Below, piece by piece: positions 7,567-17,486 of a stretch of DNA of 32,522 bases. The translations under genes and the position numbers were made by a program. Every line of letters begins with the position of its first letter. The stretch's first letter is position 1. This DNA comes from Gemmatimonadaceae bacterium (lineage in GTDB: Bacteria > Gemmatimonadota > Gemmatimonadetes > Gemmatimonadales > Gemmatimonadaceae): NCBI GenBank assembly GCA_033763905.1, contig JANRJP010000007.1, forward strand, positions 1-32,522, read 5' to 3'. The notes beneath the pieces are model-generated. The model made no database searches. It was given only the letters and a program-made list of their open reading frames with translations, and was not told where the DNA came from.

Positions 7567-9449
7567 CCTGCGACCGTCGCGTCTGCCCCGTGCAGCGCCC
7601 GGACCCGCTCGGCGATGCCGGCGCTGTCGAGCCCGCACATTGCCAACTGCCGCTTGCGCGGCGCCGCGTAGATGATGCGATCCGGCACGCCGTGCACCAT
7701 CACGCGGACCTCCGGCGCCTCGCGCTGAATCACGCCCGCCATCATCGCGCCGAAGCCGTTGATGACCGCCCCTTCTTCCACCGTCAGCACGTGCGTGTGC
7801 TGCGACAGAATGGCGGTGAGCGTCACGGCATCGTACGGCTTGAGGTAGCGGCAGTTCACGACCGTGACATCGAGGCCGTCGGCCTTGAGCGCCTCGGCGG
7901 CCGCCAGTGCCTCGTTCACCATCGTGCCGACGGCAAGAATCGCGACCTTGCTGGTGCCGGTGCGCAGCACTTCCCAGGTCGCGTGCGGCGTGGCCGGAAT
8001 CTCGGACGCGTGCACCGGCGTGTCGGGCGACGTATCGCGCGGCAAGCGGGTGCAGAAGGCCTGCGCCTGCTGCGCCAAGCCCGCCTTGAGCAGGCCGATC
8101 ATCTCGGTGCCGTCCTTCGGCGCGGTGACGATCATATTCGGCACGGCGAGCATATAGTTGATGTCGTAGAGACCCATATGGGTCTCGCCGTCCTCACCCA
8201 CCAGGCCAGCGCGGTCCATCGCAAACACCACGGGCAGCGACTGGATCGCGACATCGTGAATGATGTTGTCGTAGCCGCGCTGGAGGAACGTCGAGTAGAT
8301 CGCGCAGACGGGTCGGATGCCCTGCGTGGTGAGGCCCGCCGCGAAGGTGACTGCGTGCCCTTCGGCAATGCCCACATCGAAGAACCGCGTGGGATGCGCC
8401 TTGGCCACCGCCGTCGTGCCGGTGCCGCTGGGCATCGCGGCCGTGATCGTGACCACGTCGCGATTGTCCTGCATAATCTCGACCAAGCCCTTGCCGAACA
8501 CGGCGGTCCAGTTCGGGTTGCCGGTCGCCGGCTTGAGCTGCTTGCCCGTCGACGGATCGTGGCCGGCAGGCAGCGCGTGCCACTTCTCGACGTGCTCGCC
8601 GGCGGGGAAGCCCTTCCCCTTCTGCGTGATGACGTGGACGAGGCGCGGGCCGTCCATCGCGCGCACCGCGGCGAGCGTCTCGACCAACTGCTCGGTATCG
8701 TGGCCGTCGATCGGCCCGAAGTAGCGGAAGCCCAGTTCCTCGAACAGCACGCCGGGCGTGAGGAAGCCCTTCACGCTCTCTTCCCACTTGCGCACGAGGT
8801 GATTCAGCGGCTCGTGCTGTTCGACGAAATGCCCGATCTTCTCGCGCAGGCGGTTGTAGAGCGGATTGCGCTGAATCTGCGTGAGGTACTTGTGCATCGC
8901 GCCGACGTTCGGCGCGATCGACATCTCGTTGTCGTTGAGGACGATGCAAATGTCGCTCTTCGATGCGCCGGCGTTGTTGAGGCCTTCGTACGCCAGCCCG
9001 CAGGACATCGAGCCGTCACCGATGACCGCGAAGACCTTTTCGCTGCCGCCCTTGAGGTCGCGACCGATGGCCATCCCAACGGCGGCCGAGATCGACGTCG
9101 CCGCGTGCCCCGCGCCGAAGGTGTCGTACTCGCTCTCGGTCCGCTTGAGGAAGCCGGACAGCCCGTTCTCCTGTCGCAGGGTGTCGAACCGGTCCGCGCG
9201 CCCCGTCAGCAGCTTGTGCGGGTAGCCCTGATGGCCGACGTCCCAGACCAACTTGTCGGTCGGCGTGTCGAGGACATAGTGCAGCGCGATGGTCAGTTCA
9301 ACGACGCCCAGTCCAGCTCCGATGTGCCCGCCGGTACGGGCGCAGGTCGCGATCAGGAAGTCCCGCATCTCCTGCGCGAGCTTCGGCAGCTCGGCACGGG
9401 GGACACGCTTGAGGTCAGCGGTGGACTGGATCTGCTCGAGAATGGACAT
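7563..9449 (-). CDS. dxs: 1-deoxy-D-xylulose-5-phosphate synthase
   Basis: GGHIGAGLGVVELT, WDVGHQGYPHK, TPP motif GDGS..NDN, DVGIAEGHAV, YSTFLQRGYD, DRAGLVGEDGETH. Confidence 0.98.
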   Translation of the reverse strand: MSILEQIQSTADLKRVPRAELPKLAQEMRDFLIATCARTGGHIGAGLGVVELTIALHYVLDTPTDKLVWDVGHQGYPHKLLTGRADRFDTLRQENGLSGFLKRTESEYDTFGAGHAATSISAAVGMAIGRDLKGGSEKVFAVIGDGSMSCGLAYEGLNNAGASKSDICIVLNDNEMSIAPNVGAMHKYLTQIQRNPLYNRLREKIGHFVEQHEPLNHLVRKWEESVKGFLTPGVLFEELGFRYFGPIDGHDTEQLVETLAAVRAMDGPRLVHVITQKGKGFPAGEHVEKWHALPAGHDPSTGKQLKPATGNPNWTAVFGKGLVEIMQDNRDVVTITAAMPSGTGTTAVAKAHPTRFFDVGIAEGHAVTFAAGLTTQGIRPVCAIYSTFLQRGYDNIIHDVAIQSLPVVFAMDRAGLVGEDGETHMGLYDINYMLAVPNMIVTAPKDGTEMIGLLKAGLAQQAQAFCTRLPRDTSPDTPVHASEIPATPHATWEVLRTGTSKVAILAVGTMVNEALAAAEALKADGLDVTVVNCRYLKPYDAVTLTAILSQHTHVLTVEEGAVINGFGAMMAGVIQREAPEVRVMVHGVPDRIIYAAPRKRQLAMCGLDSAGIAERVRALHGADATVAG

Positions 9450-9476
9450 AGTCGGACAGGAGTTGAACGCAGCGGT

Positions 9477-10403
9477 CTAGGACCGACGCGCCACGATGAA
9501 ACGGGCGAGGTACTCGAGCTCCGGCGTCAGCAGCCCGACGGCCTGCAACGCACTGCAGGCCTCTTCGGTCAACGCCTCGGCCCGCTGGATTGCTCCCTCG
9601 ATTCCCAGAACGGCGGGGTACGTGCTTTTCCGGCTGGTCAGGTCCTTGCCGGCGGTCTTGCCCAACTGGTCGGTCGTGGCAGTGACATCCAGGACGTCGT
9701 CGGCGATCTGGAACGCCAGCCCGACCGCTCGGCCGTAGGTGCCGAAGGCCTCCAGCACCGCCGGGCTCGCCTGCGCGGCGCGGGCGCCCAGCACGACCGA
9801 GGCGGTGATCAGCGCGCCGGTCTTGAGCCGGTGAATCCGCTCGAGGTCGCAGAGATCCAGGTCGCGGCCTTCCCCTTCGAGATCAAGCAACTGGCCGCCA
9901 ATCATCCCCCCGCCGCCAGCCGCACGCATCAGCTCCGCGACCACGGCTGCCCCTTCAGGCGCAGTCAGCCCCAGATCGGTCGCCGCGTCGGCGGCGCTGC
10001 GCGCCGCCAACGGCACCATCGCCAGCCCCGCGGCGGTGGCGGCGGGGACGCCGTACACGATGTGCACGGTGGGACGCCCGCGACGCATCGCGTCATCGTC
10101 CATGCACGGCAGATCGTCATGCACGAGGGAGTAGGCGTGCACGACCTCGACCGCCGCGGCCAGCGCCGTCGCGTCCCGGCGTCCACCCGCCGCACGGTAG
10201 GCCGACATCAGCAGCACCGCGCGCAGGCGCTTGCCGCCGCCCGTGCAGGCGTATCGGATCGCCTCGGCGACCTTGGTGCCCGCGAGGCCATCGAGATACC
10301 GATCGCAAAACGCCGACAGCGCCGCGTCTACCGCGACGCGCTCAGCCGAGAAGCCGGGATCCGCCGGCTCAGCGCGCGAGATCGGCGACGTCGAGAGTGC
10401 CAT
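9477..10403 (-). CDS. ispA: Polyprenyl (farnesyl/geranylgeranyl) diphosphate synthase
   Basis: GGKRLR, first Asp-rich motif SLVHDDLPCMDDDAMRRG, second motif FQIADDVLD, GKTAGKD. The start is approximate. Confidence 0.93.
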   Translation of the reverse strand: MALSTSPISRAEPADPGFSAERVAVDAALSAFCDRYLDGLAGTKVAEAIRYACTGGGKRLRAVLLMSAYRAAGGRRDATALAAAVEVVHAYSLVHDDLPCMDDDAMRRGRPTVHIVYGVPAATAAGLAMVPLAARSAADAATDLGLTAPEGAAVVAELMRAAGGGGMIGGQLLDLEGEGRDLDLCDLERIHRLKTGALITASVVLGARAAQASPAVLEAFGTYGRAVGLAFQIADDVLDVTATTDQLGKTAGKDLTSRKSTYPAVLGIEGAIQRAEALTEEACSALQAVGLLTPELEYLARFIVARRS

Positions 10404-10581
10404 CCGGTCCTTCCACGAGGGTCTGCACACGCGTTTCGGCGCGTGATAACTCGCCAGCCGCGACCTTCACCTTGGCCACCCCTTCTTCGAACAGCGCCAG
10501 TGCCTGCTCCAGCGTGACTTCGTCACGCTGGAGTTGCACGACGATCTGTTCGAGGCGCGCCAAACTCTCTTCGAACGTCAC
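10369..10581 (-). CDS. xseB: Exodeoxyribonuclease VII small subunit
   Basis: TFEESLARLEQIVVQLQRDEVTLEQALALFEEG. The GTG start overlaps the xseA stop. Confidence 0.95.
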   Translation of the reverse strand: MTFEESLARLEQIVVQLQRDEVTLEQALALFEEGVAKVKVAAGELSRAETRVQTLVEGPDGTLDVADLAR

Positions 10582-11759
10582 GGGGCGTCGGGGGCGGGCG
10601 AAGCAATGACCTCCGAGGCGGTCGCACGCACGCGGCCGTCTTGGAGCACAAGCTCGAAAGATAGCCCCTTTTTGAACGCGATGGCACGCGTCAGCGGGGT
10701 TCCGTCGGTGGCGCGGGCCACCCCGTAGCCGCGGGCGAGCGTGGCAAGCGGGCTCAAGGCCTCGAGTCGGCCCGCGATGCCCTCTAGGCGAGCCCGGCGC
10801 CGCTCGACGAGGCGCGTTGACGCCAGCTGTAATTGCCGCTGCACCGCGTCGTACTTCTGTCGGGCGCGCGCCGCTTTCTGCACCAGCGACTGGCGCAATC
10901 GGCGGGCCTGCGCCTGCACCTCGGCCTGCAATTCGGCCCACACCGGTACCGCCGCCTCAGCCGCGGCCGAGGGCGTGGGGGCGCGAAGGTCCGCGACGAG
11001 ATCAGTGAGCGAGATGTCGGTCTCGTGCCCCACGGCGGAGATGATCGGCACCGGACACGCCGCAACGGCGCGGGCCACAGCCTCGTCATTGAACGCCCAG
11101 AGATCGTCCTTGGAGCCCCCGCCGCGCCCGATGATCACCGTGTCTGCGCCGCCCCACCGCGCGACCCGATCCAGCGCGGCCACGAGGCTGGCTGGTGCCG
11201 CATCGCCCTGCACCTGGGCATCGACCAGGACCAATTGCACCGCCGGCGCACGTCGGCCGACCACGGCGATGACGTCGCGCACCGCGGCCCCCTGCGCGCT
11301 CGTGATGACAGCCACCGTGCGCGGCAGGCGCGGGATCGGTCGCTTGCGCGACGGATCCAGCAGTCCGTCGGCTTCGAGTCGTCGGCGCGCCTCCTCGAAC
11401 TGTTTGCGCCACAGCCCTTCACCGGCGGCCTCCATCGCCTCGACCGAGAACTGCAGGCTGCCTTTCGCCGGGTACACCGTCAGGCGTCCCAACGCCGCCA
11501 CCTCCGTCCCTTCGTCGGGTACGGCGGGGATCGTCCGGCGCTTGGCCTTGGCGTTCCACACCACCGCGGACAAGGCCCCTTCGGCGTCCTTGAGCGTGAA
11601 GTACCAGTGGCCGCTCGCGTACTGCTTGAGGCCCATCACCTCGCCGCGCACCCAGATGCGCGGGAAGGCGCCCTCGATGATGTCCTTCGCCGCGTGCGCG
11701 ATCTGGCCGACGCCAATGGCGTCGTCCGGCGATGCGCCCGGATCACCCCCCGCGCTCAC
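10578..11759 (-). CDS. xseA: Exodeoxyribonuclease VII large subunit
   Basis: OB fold WVRGEV..SGHWYFTLKD, GAAVRDV, IIGRGGGSKDDLWAFNDE, SAVGHETD, RAPTPSAAAE, LSPLATLARGY. Confidence 0.97.
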   Translation of the reverse strand: MSAGGDPGASPDDAIGVGQIAHAAKDIIEGAFPRIWVRGEVMGLKQYASGHWYFTLKDAEGALSAVVWNAKAKRRTIPAVPDEGTEVAALGRLTVYPAKGSLQFSVEAMEAAGEGLWRKQFEEARRRLEADGLLDPSRKRPIPRLPRTVAVITSAQGAAVRDVIAVVGRRAPAVQLVLVDAQVQGDAAPASLVAALDRVARWGGADTVIIGRGGGSKDDLWAFNDEAVARAVAACPVPIISAVGHETDISLTDLVADLRAPTPSAAAEAAVPVWAELQAEVQAQARRLRQSLVQKAARARQKYDAVQRQLQLASTRLVERRRARLEGIAGRLEALSPLATLARGYGVARATDGTPLTRAIAFKKGLSFELVLQDGRVRATASEVIASPAPDAP

Positions 11760-11772
11760 CGACGTCGCGCCG

Positions 11773-12678
11773 TCAGTCCTGCACGACGCGCGGCGCGGCC
11801 GCCGCGCGCTCCGCGGCGCGCAGCGTGTTGCGCAGCAGGAGCGCGATCGTCATCGGCCCCACGCCACCCGGTACCGGCGTGATGCGGCTGGCGACGTCGC
11901 TGGCACTCGCGAAGTGCACGTCGCCAACAAGTCGCGTTCCGCTCTTGGTGCTCGGGTCGTCGATGCGGTTGATGCCGACATCGATCACCGTCGCGCCGGG
12001 CTTGAGCATCGCGCCGGTGATGAACTCCGGCCTGCCGATAGCGGCGATGACGATGTCGGCACGCTTGACGTGCGCGGCGAGATTCCGCGTGCGCGAATGG
12101 CAGATCGTGACGGTGGCATCGCCATCCGCGCCAGCACGCAGCAGCAGCGCGGCCATCGGGCGCCCCACGATCGTACTCCGGCCCACCACGACGACGTCGG
12201 CGCCGCGAATTTCGGTGCCGCTCCGCACGAGCAGCTCGATCACGCCCGCCGGCGTGCACGGCACGAAGCCGTCCGTTTCGCCCAGGAACAGCTTGCCCGC
12301 ATTCACCGGGTGAAAGCCGTCGACATCCTTGAGCGGGCTGATCCGCGCGATGACCGCGGCAGGATCGATCTGCTTCGGCAACGGCATCTGCACCAGAATG
12401 CCGTGCGTCGACGGGTCGGCGTTGAGTTCGTCGATCAGCGTCAGCAGGTCGCGTTGCGTGGTGCTCGCGGGCAGGCGAAACGTCCGCCCGGCCATTCCCG
12501 CCTCGAGGCTGGCCTTCTCCTTCGCCCGCACGTACACCGTGCTCGCGGGATCTTCGCCGACCAGCACGACGGTCAGTCCCGGCGTGACGCCGGTGGGAGC
12601 CAGCGCGGTGACACCGCGCGCGACTTCGGCACGGATGTCGGCGGCGATCGCGACGCCGTCGATGCGTTCAGCGGGCAA
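11773..12678 (-). CDS. folD: Bifunctional methylene-THF dehydrogenase/methenyl-THF cyclohydrolase
   Basis: [66 protein letters not shown] start. Confidence 0.97.
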   Translation of the reverse strand: MPAERIDGVAIAADIRAEVARGVTALAPTGVTPGLTVVLVGEDPASTVYVRAKEKASLEAGMAGRTFRLPASTTQRDLLTLIDELNADPSTHGILVQMPLPKQIDPAAVIARISPLKDVDGFHPVNAGKLFLGETDGFVPCTPAGVIELLVRSGTEIRGADVVVVGRSTIVGRPMAALLLRAGADGDATVTICHSRTRNLAAHVKRADIVIAAIGRPEFITGAMLKPGATVIDVGINRIDDPSTKSGTRLVGDVHFASASDVASRITPVPGGVGPMTIALLLRNTLRAAERAAAAPRVVQD

Positions 12679-14254
12679 TGTCGGTGGCCCTCGTTTCTCG
12701 GATGACTACGACCTTGATCTGGCCGGGGTACTGCAGCTCGTTCTCGACGCGACGCGCGATCTCCTCCGCCAGCTGCTGCGCGCGGCCGTCGTCGATCTGG
12801 TCGGGCGTCACGAGGACGCGAATCTCGCGACCCGCCTGGATCGCGAAGGACTTCTCGACGCCCTTGTAGCTCGTCGCGATCTTCTCGAGCCCTTCGAGTC
12901 GCTTGACGTAGGTCTCGAAGGCCTCGCGACGGGCCCCCGGCCGCGACCCCGAAATGGCGTCGGCCGCCTGCACCAGCACCGACTCCTCGCTCTCGTGCGG
13001 CACATCGTCGTGGTGCGCGGCGATGCAATTCACGACCGCCGGCGATTCGCCGTACTTGGTCGCCACTTCCACGCCCAACTGCACGTGCGTGCCTTCGTGC
13101 TCGTGCGTCAGCACCTTGCCGACGTCGTGCAGCAGCGCGCCGCGCTTGGCCAAGGCGATATCGAGCTTGAGCTCGGCCGCCATAATGCCCGCGAGATGCG
13201 CGACTTCCTTCGAGTGGTTGAGGATCTGCTGTCCGTACGAGGTGCGGTACTTCATCCGGCCGATCAGCTTGATCAGCTCCGGATGAATGCCGTGAATGCC
13301 CAGCTCGTAGGCCGCCTGTTCACCGCTCTCGACGATGCCGCGCTCCACTTCGGCGCGCGCCTTGGCGACGACTTCCTCGATGCGCCCCGGGTGAATGCGG
13401 CCGTCGGTGACCAGCTTCTCGAGCGCCAGGCGGCCGATCTCGCGGCGCACCGGCTCGAAGCACGAAATCACGACGGTGTCCGGCGTGTCGTCGATGATCA
13501 CATCGACACCGGTCGCCAACTCGAACGCGCGAATGTTGCGGCCTTCGCGGCCGATAATGCGGCCCTTCATCTCGTCGCTCGGGAGCGACACGGCCGCGGT
13601 GGAGATTTCGCTCGTGTGCTCGGCGGCGATGCGCTGCACCGCCAAGGCAACGATCTTCTTGGCTTCGCGGTCGGCGTCGCGGCGGGCGCGCTCGCGGATC
13701 TCGCGCACCTTCGACGCGGCCTGCCCGTGGGCTTCGTCTTCGAGGCGACGGATCAGTTCGGCCTTGGCCTGTTCCGCAGTGAGTCCCGCGATGGCCTCCA
13801 GGCGCTTGCGCGCCTCGTCCTCGATCCGGTCCAGGTCCCGCTGCCGGTCGTCGGCCGCCTTCTCGCGACGGCCGATTTCGGTGGCGCGGCGCGCCAGATC
13901 CTTGTCCTTCTGCTCGAGGACGTCCGACTTCCGGTCGAGCTCGCGGCCCTTCTCGGCCTGCGTCTTCTCGGAGCGTTCGAGCTCGGCGCGCCGGTTGCGG
14001 GCTTCGGCCTCGAAGGCCTCGCGCAGCCGGAGCGTCTCTTCCTTGCCCGCCACGACGGCGGACTTCTTGAGGGTGTCGGCTTCGCGCTCGGCCTCGCCGA
14101 CCAGCTGGCGGACGCGATGCTCAGCGGTGGTCAGGGCGGACTGCTGCTCGCGCTCGAGCGCGCTGCGTCCGGCCTTGCGACCAACAATGAAAGCAACGGC
14201 AGCGGCCACGAGGGCCGCGCCGCCGCCAATGAGAAGCGGCAGAAATGCGGGCAT
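12668..14254 (-). CDS. rny: Ribonuclease Y
   Basis: N-terminal TM helix, coiled coil, KH domain [16 protein letters not shown] domain [24 protein letters not shown] 14254 has GGAG 9 nt upstream. Confidence 0.98.
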   Translation of the reverse strand: MPAFLPLLIGGGAALVAAAVAFIVGRKAGRSALEREQQSALTTAEHRVRQLVGEAEREADTLKKSAVVAGKEETLRLREAFEAEARNRRAELERSEKTQAEKGRELDRKSDVLEQKDKDLARRATEIGRREKAADDRQRDLDRIEDEARKRLEAIAGLTAEQAKAELIRRLEDEAHGQAASKVREIRERARRDADREAKKIVALAVQRIAAEHTSEISTAAVSLPSDEMKGRIIGREGRNIRAFELATGVDVIIDDTPDTVVISCFEPVRREIGRLALEKLVTDGRIHPGRIEEVVAKARAEVERGIVESGEQAAYELGIHGIHPELIKLIGRMKYRTSYGQQILNHSKEVAHLAGIMAAELKLDIALAKRGALLHDVGKVLTHEHEGTHVQLGVEVATKYGESPAVVNCIAAHHDDVPHESEESVLVQAADAISGSRPGARREAFETYVKRLEGLEKIATSYKGVEKSFAIQAGREIRVLVTPDQIDDGRAQQLAEEIARRVENELQYPGQIKVVVIRETRATDIAR

Positions 14255-14259
14255 TGCAT

Positions 14260-14440
14260 CTATCTCCACACGGCAGCCGACGAGCGGCGCCATCTTGTGA
14301 GCCTTCCGCGGGGCCGCCTCCTGGATTCTGCGCCGGATCGGGGTCCACGCGAGGACCGCGACGGGTGCTAACTGCAGGAACGACCGTCACCTGGGGCTCG
14401 GGACGGGATACTTCTGCAACCTACGGGTGCGCGGGGAACC
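14260..14440 (-). ncRNA. ssrS: Probable 6S RNA
   Basis: About 180-nt rod between zapA and rny, the typical ssrS position. Pairings found by eye: CCGCGC/GUGUGG, CCGUC..GAGCC/GGCUC..GAUGG (GUCCCGAGCC resembles the E. coli GUCCCCUGAGCC block), GGUCGUUCCUG/CAGGAGGCGGCC, and terminal hairpin GGUCC/GGACC. Ends are approximate. Confidence 0.7.
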
Positions 14441-14472
14441 CGGCAACGCGTCGATCGGGTAGGCCGGTGTCG

Positions 14473-14491
14473 GCCGGCGGCTACCGCCGGC
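14473..14491. repeat. Perfect 8-bp inverted repeat directly after the zapA stop
   Basis: GCCGGCGG-CTA-CCGCCGGC, with no U-tract. Confidence 0.7.
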
Positions 14492-14492
14492 G

Positions 14493-14792
14493 TCAGTCCC
14501 GCTTCTGGGGCGGGAGGAGCGGACGAATCTCGTCCGCCAACGCCGCCATCTCGGCCGCCAGGGCCTCGCGCGCGTGGCGTTCCCGGAGCAGTTCGTCCGT
14601 GATCTGCAACGCGGCCAGAATGGCCACCTTGTGCGTCTCGATGGCGGCGCCGGCCTTGGTGATGCTCTTCACCGCCTCGTCCACGTACGCCGCCACCGCC
14701 CGCGTGTGCTCGGGGCTCGCGTCGGTGCGCAGGGTGTAGTCTTCGCCGCCGACGCTGACACGCACCACGGCCTTCTTGGCGGGCGGGGTCAC
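14493..14792 (-). CDS. zapA: Cell division protein ZapA
   Basis: VRVSVGGEDYTL, VAAYVD, AILAALQITDEL. Sits in the pheT-zapB-zapA context. Confidence 0.92.
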   Translation of the reverse strand: MTPPAKKAVVRVSVGGEDYTLRTDASPEHTRAVAAYVDEAVKSITKAGAAIETHKVAILAALQITDELLRERHAREALAAEMAALADEIRPLLPPQKRD

Positions 14793-15094
14793 GCGACGTC
14801 CTCGGCCTGCTGACGCAGGAAACGGACCCGCGCCAGCACCCGCTCGGTCCGGCCGGACGCCTCGGCGATCCGCTGCTGCAGGACGGCGTTCTGCGCTTCC
14901 AGTTCCACGATGCGCGCCGCCAAGCCCGGATCGGCAATCACCTGCGGCGGCGGCCCCTCGCGTGCTTCGAGCTCTCGGACGCGCGCTTCGGCGGCGAGCG
15001 CGCGTCGCCGAAACGACGCGAGCTCGTCGACCAGATGGCGCACGAGTCGCTGCAGCGACTCGAATGCCGAACGATCAGCTACGGGGGCGGACAC
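14789..15094 (-). CDS. Small coiled-coil protein, ZapB-like
   Basis: 101-aa heptad-rich ORF between pheT and zapA, with its stop overlapping the zapA start. The function is inferred from position. Confidence 0.65.
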   Translation of the reverse strand: MSAPVADRSAFESLQRLVRHLVDELASFRRRALAAEARVRELEAREGPPPQVIADPGLAARIVELEAQNAVLQQRIAEASGRTERVLARVRFLRQQAEDVA

Positions 15095-17486
15095 CCAGCT
15101 TGGCCTCCAGCGCGCGCACGATACCGGCGCGACGCCCGTCGATTTCCTTGTCCCGCAGGGTGCGCTCCGGATGCCGGAAGGTCAAGCGCCACGCCAGCGA
15201 GCGATGCCCGTCGGGTACCCCCGGCCCGCGAAACTCGTCGAACACGACGAGCGCCTCGAGCATCTCCCCGGCCGTCTCCCGGATGAGCGCGTCAATCGCC
15301 CCCGCAGCCACGGCATCGGGCACAATCAGCGCCAGGTCAATCTCGGCCGCCGGTTGCGTGGGAATAGGCTGGTACTGCACGTGTGACCGACGCGGCGGCT
15401 CGGCCGTCGCCGCGTACGCGTGCTGCCCAGCGGGCGCGATGGCCGCCGAGGACAACTCGCCGAGCGCCACCTCCACGCCGAACGCCGCCGAGGCCCACAC
15501 CGGCGCGTCGAGCGCGATACGCGAGACGTGCCCGACCGCGCGGCCATCGGCCTCGATGCGCCACAGACGGTCGCCAACATCGTCTGGGACCAACTGCGTG
15601 GCCGCCCCCGGGAACGCCACCGCCGCCACCTGCGCGGCCAGCCCCTTGGCGTCCCACGCGTCGAACACCGGCGGCTTGTCGTCGGTGAAATGCGGTGGAC
15701 GACGGCGCCCCATCACCAGCAGCGCCGCCCGAACGGATTCCACCGGCAGCGTCGATCCGTCGCGCCGCTCGAACGCGGAGCCGATTTCGAACAGTCGGAC
15801 GTCGCCCTGCATTCGCGAGAGGTTGTACTCCGCGCGCTTCGCCAGGGTCTCGAGCAAGGACCGTCGCAAATGCGGCTCGTCATCGGCGAGCGGATTCTGC
15901 ACCCGGGCGTGCGTGGCATCCGCGCCAGCCACGAACGGCAACGGCTTCACTTCGTACAGGCCGGCCGCGATCAACGCCGCGCGCACACGCTCCCCCGCGA
16001 CGTGCAGCGGGTGATCGGGCACCGTGCCCGGCCGCGCCGGACGCAGCGTGTCCGGCAGCGCATCGTAGCCACGCAAGCGCGCGATATCCTCGACGAGATC
16101 GACGTCGCGGGTCACGTCGTGCCGCCACGACGGCGGGACCACGTCCCACTGCCCGTGCCCGGTAGACGTGCACGCGAAGCCGATCGCGCCAAGCCAGCGC
16201 TCGATCTCGGCGACCGGGACACTGTCGCCGAGCAACCGCTCCACGCGCGCGTGTGACAGACGCACGGCGGGTCGTGCGGCGGGCGCCGTGCCGCAGACGA
16301 TACGACCCGCGACCTGGCCCCCCGCCACCTGCACGACCAAGGCGGCGAGACGATCGGCCATCGCCAGCGTAGCCGCCGCGTCGACGCCGCGTTCGAAGCG
16401 ATAGGAGGCATCGGTGCTGATGCCGAGCCCCTTGCGTGCACGGCGCACCTGCCGGGGTTCGAAGACCGCGATTTCGAGCAACAGGTCGGTCGTGGCGTCG
16501 GTGACTTCACTGTCCTTGCCGCCGATCACGCCCGCGACAGCCTGCGGCCGCTCGGCATCGGCGATCACGAGCGTCCCGGCGGCCAGCGTGCGCGCCACGC
16601 CGTCGAGGGTGGTGATGGTCTCGCCCGCGCGGGCTTCTCGCACGACAATGTGGCCCTGCGCGAGCCGCGCGAGATCGAACGCGTGCGTCGGCTGCCCGAA
16701 GCCGTGGAGCACATAGTTCGTCGCATCGACCACGTTGTTGATGCTGCGGCCACCGACACTCTCGACGCGGGCCTTGAGCCATTCCGGGCTCGGCCCCACG
16801 GTGACCCCACGCACGACGACCCCCACGTAGCGCGGGCAGGCCTCGGGCGCGTCCACACGGATCTGCACGCCATCGGGGGCCTGCGTTGCGCCGGCCGGGA
16901 CCGCGCCCACTTCCGCCGGTTCGACGAGCGCCACGCCGGTGAGTGCCGCGACTTCACGCGCCAGCCCGAGGTGGGAGAACAGGTCCGGACGGTTCGCCAG
17001 AACGTCGAACTCGAGCTGCGTGTCGCCCAAGGGCATCACCTGCAGCAGCGGAGTGCCCGGCGCCGCGTCGGTACTGAGTGTGAGAATGCCGTCGTGCTCC
17101 TGCCCGAGGCCCAGCTCACGCGCCGAACACAGCATCCCATTCGAGGTGAAGCCGCGGATCTTCCGCTTCTCGATCGTCAGCGCGCCCCCCGGCATCACCG
17201 TGCCGGTGCGCGCGAAGGGATACTTCGCCCCCACCGTCACGTTGGGTGCGCCGCAGACGACGTCGAGCAGCTCCCCACTGCCGTCATCCACCTTGTTGAA
17301 CGACAGCTTGGTGTCGGGAATCTTCTCGCTCGACACCACTTGGCCGACGACGAACGGCACGAGGTCCGCGCGCAGGGCACGCATCCCATCGAGCGTCGCG
17401 ACGTGTCGGCCCACCAGCTCACCGAGCGCGGCCGCATCGAGCGTGTGCGGCACGAAGGCCTTGAGCCACGCGTGCGAACAGATCAT
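15075..17486 (-). CDS. pheT: Phenylalanyl-tRNA synthetase beta subunit
   Basis: VVCGAPNV, SNGMLCSARELG, NRPDLFSHLG, INNVVDATNYV, TDASYRFERGVD, PPSWRHDV..DLVEDIAR, C-terminal FDX-ACB (SLAWRLTFR). Confidence 0.98.
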   Translation of the reverse strand: MICSHAWLKAFVPHTLDAAALGELVGRHVATLDGMRALRADLVPFVVGQVVSSEKIPDTKLSFNKVDDGSGELLDVVCGAPNVTVGAKYPFARTGTVMPGGALTIEKRKIRGFTSNGMLCSARELGLGQEHDGILTLSTDAAPGTPLLQVMPLGDTQLEFDVLANRPDLFSHLGLAREVAALTGVALVEPAEVGAVPAGATQAPDGVQIRVDAPEACPRYVGVVVRGVTVGPSPEWLKARVESVGGRSINNVVDATNYVLHGFGQPTHAFDLARLAQGHIVVREARAGETITTLDGVARTLAAGTLVIADAERPQAVAGVIGGKDSEVTDATTDLLLEIAVFEPRQVRRARKGLGISTDASYRFERGVDAAATLAMADRLAALVVQVAGGQVAGRIVCGTAPAARPAVRLSHARVERLLGDSVPVAEIERWLGAIGFACTSTGHGQWDVVPPSWRHDVTRDVDLVEDIARLRGYDALPDTLRPARPGTVPDHPLHVAGERVRAALIAAGLYEVKPLPFVAGADATHARVQNPLADDEPHLRRSLLETLAKRAEYNLSRMQGDVRLFEIGSAFERRDGSTLPVESVRAALLVMGRRRPPHFTDDKPPVFDAWDAKGLAAQVAAVAFPGAATQLVPDDVGDRLWRIEADGRAVGHVSRIALDAPVWASAAFGVEVALGELSSAAIAPAGQHAYAATAEPPRRSHVQYQPIPTQPAAEIDLALIVPDAVAAGAIDALIRETAGEMLEALVVFDEFRGPGVPDGHRSLAWRLTFRHPERTLRDKEIDGRRAGIVRALEAKLGVRPRS

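Noticed and set aside
7590..10517. 975-aa plus-strand ORF, and similar long ORFs at 12329-14371, 10741-12705, 5297-7024, 6028-7671, 29006-30463 and 26803-28068
   Set aside because: These are antisense shadows of well-conserved minus-strand genes. Stop codons are scarce in GC-rich DNA, and the translations have no recognisable motifs.
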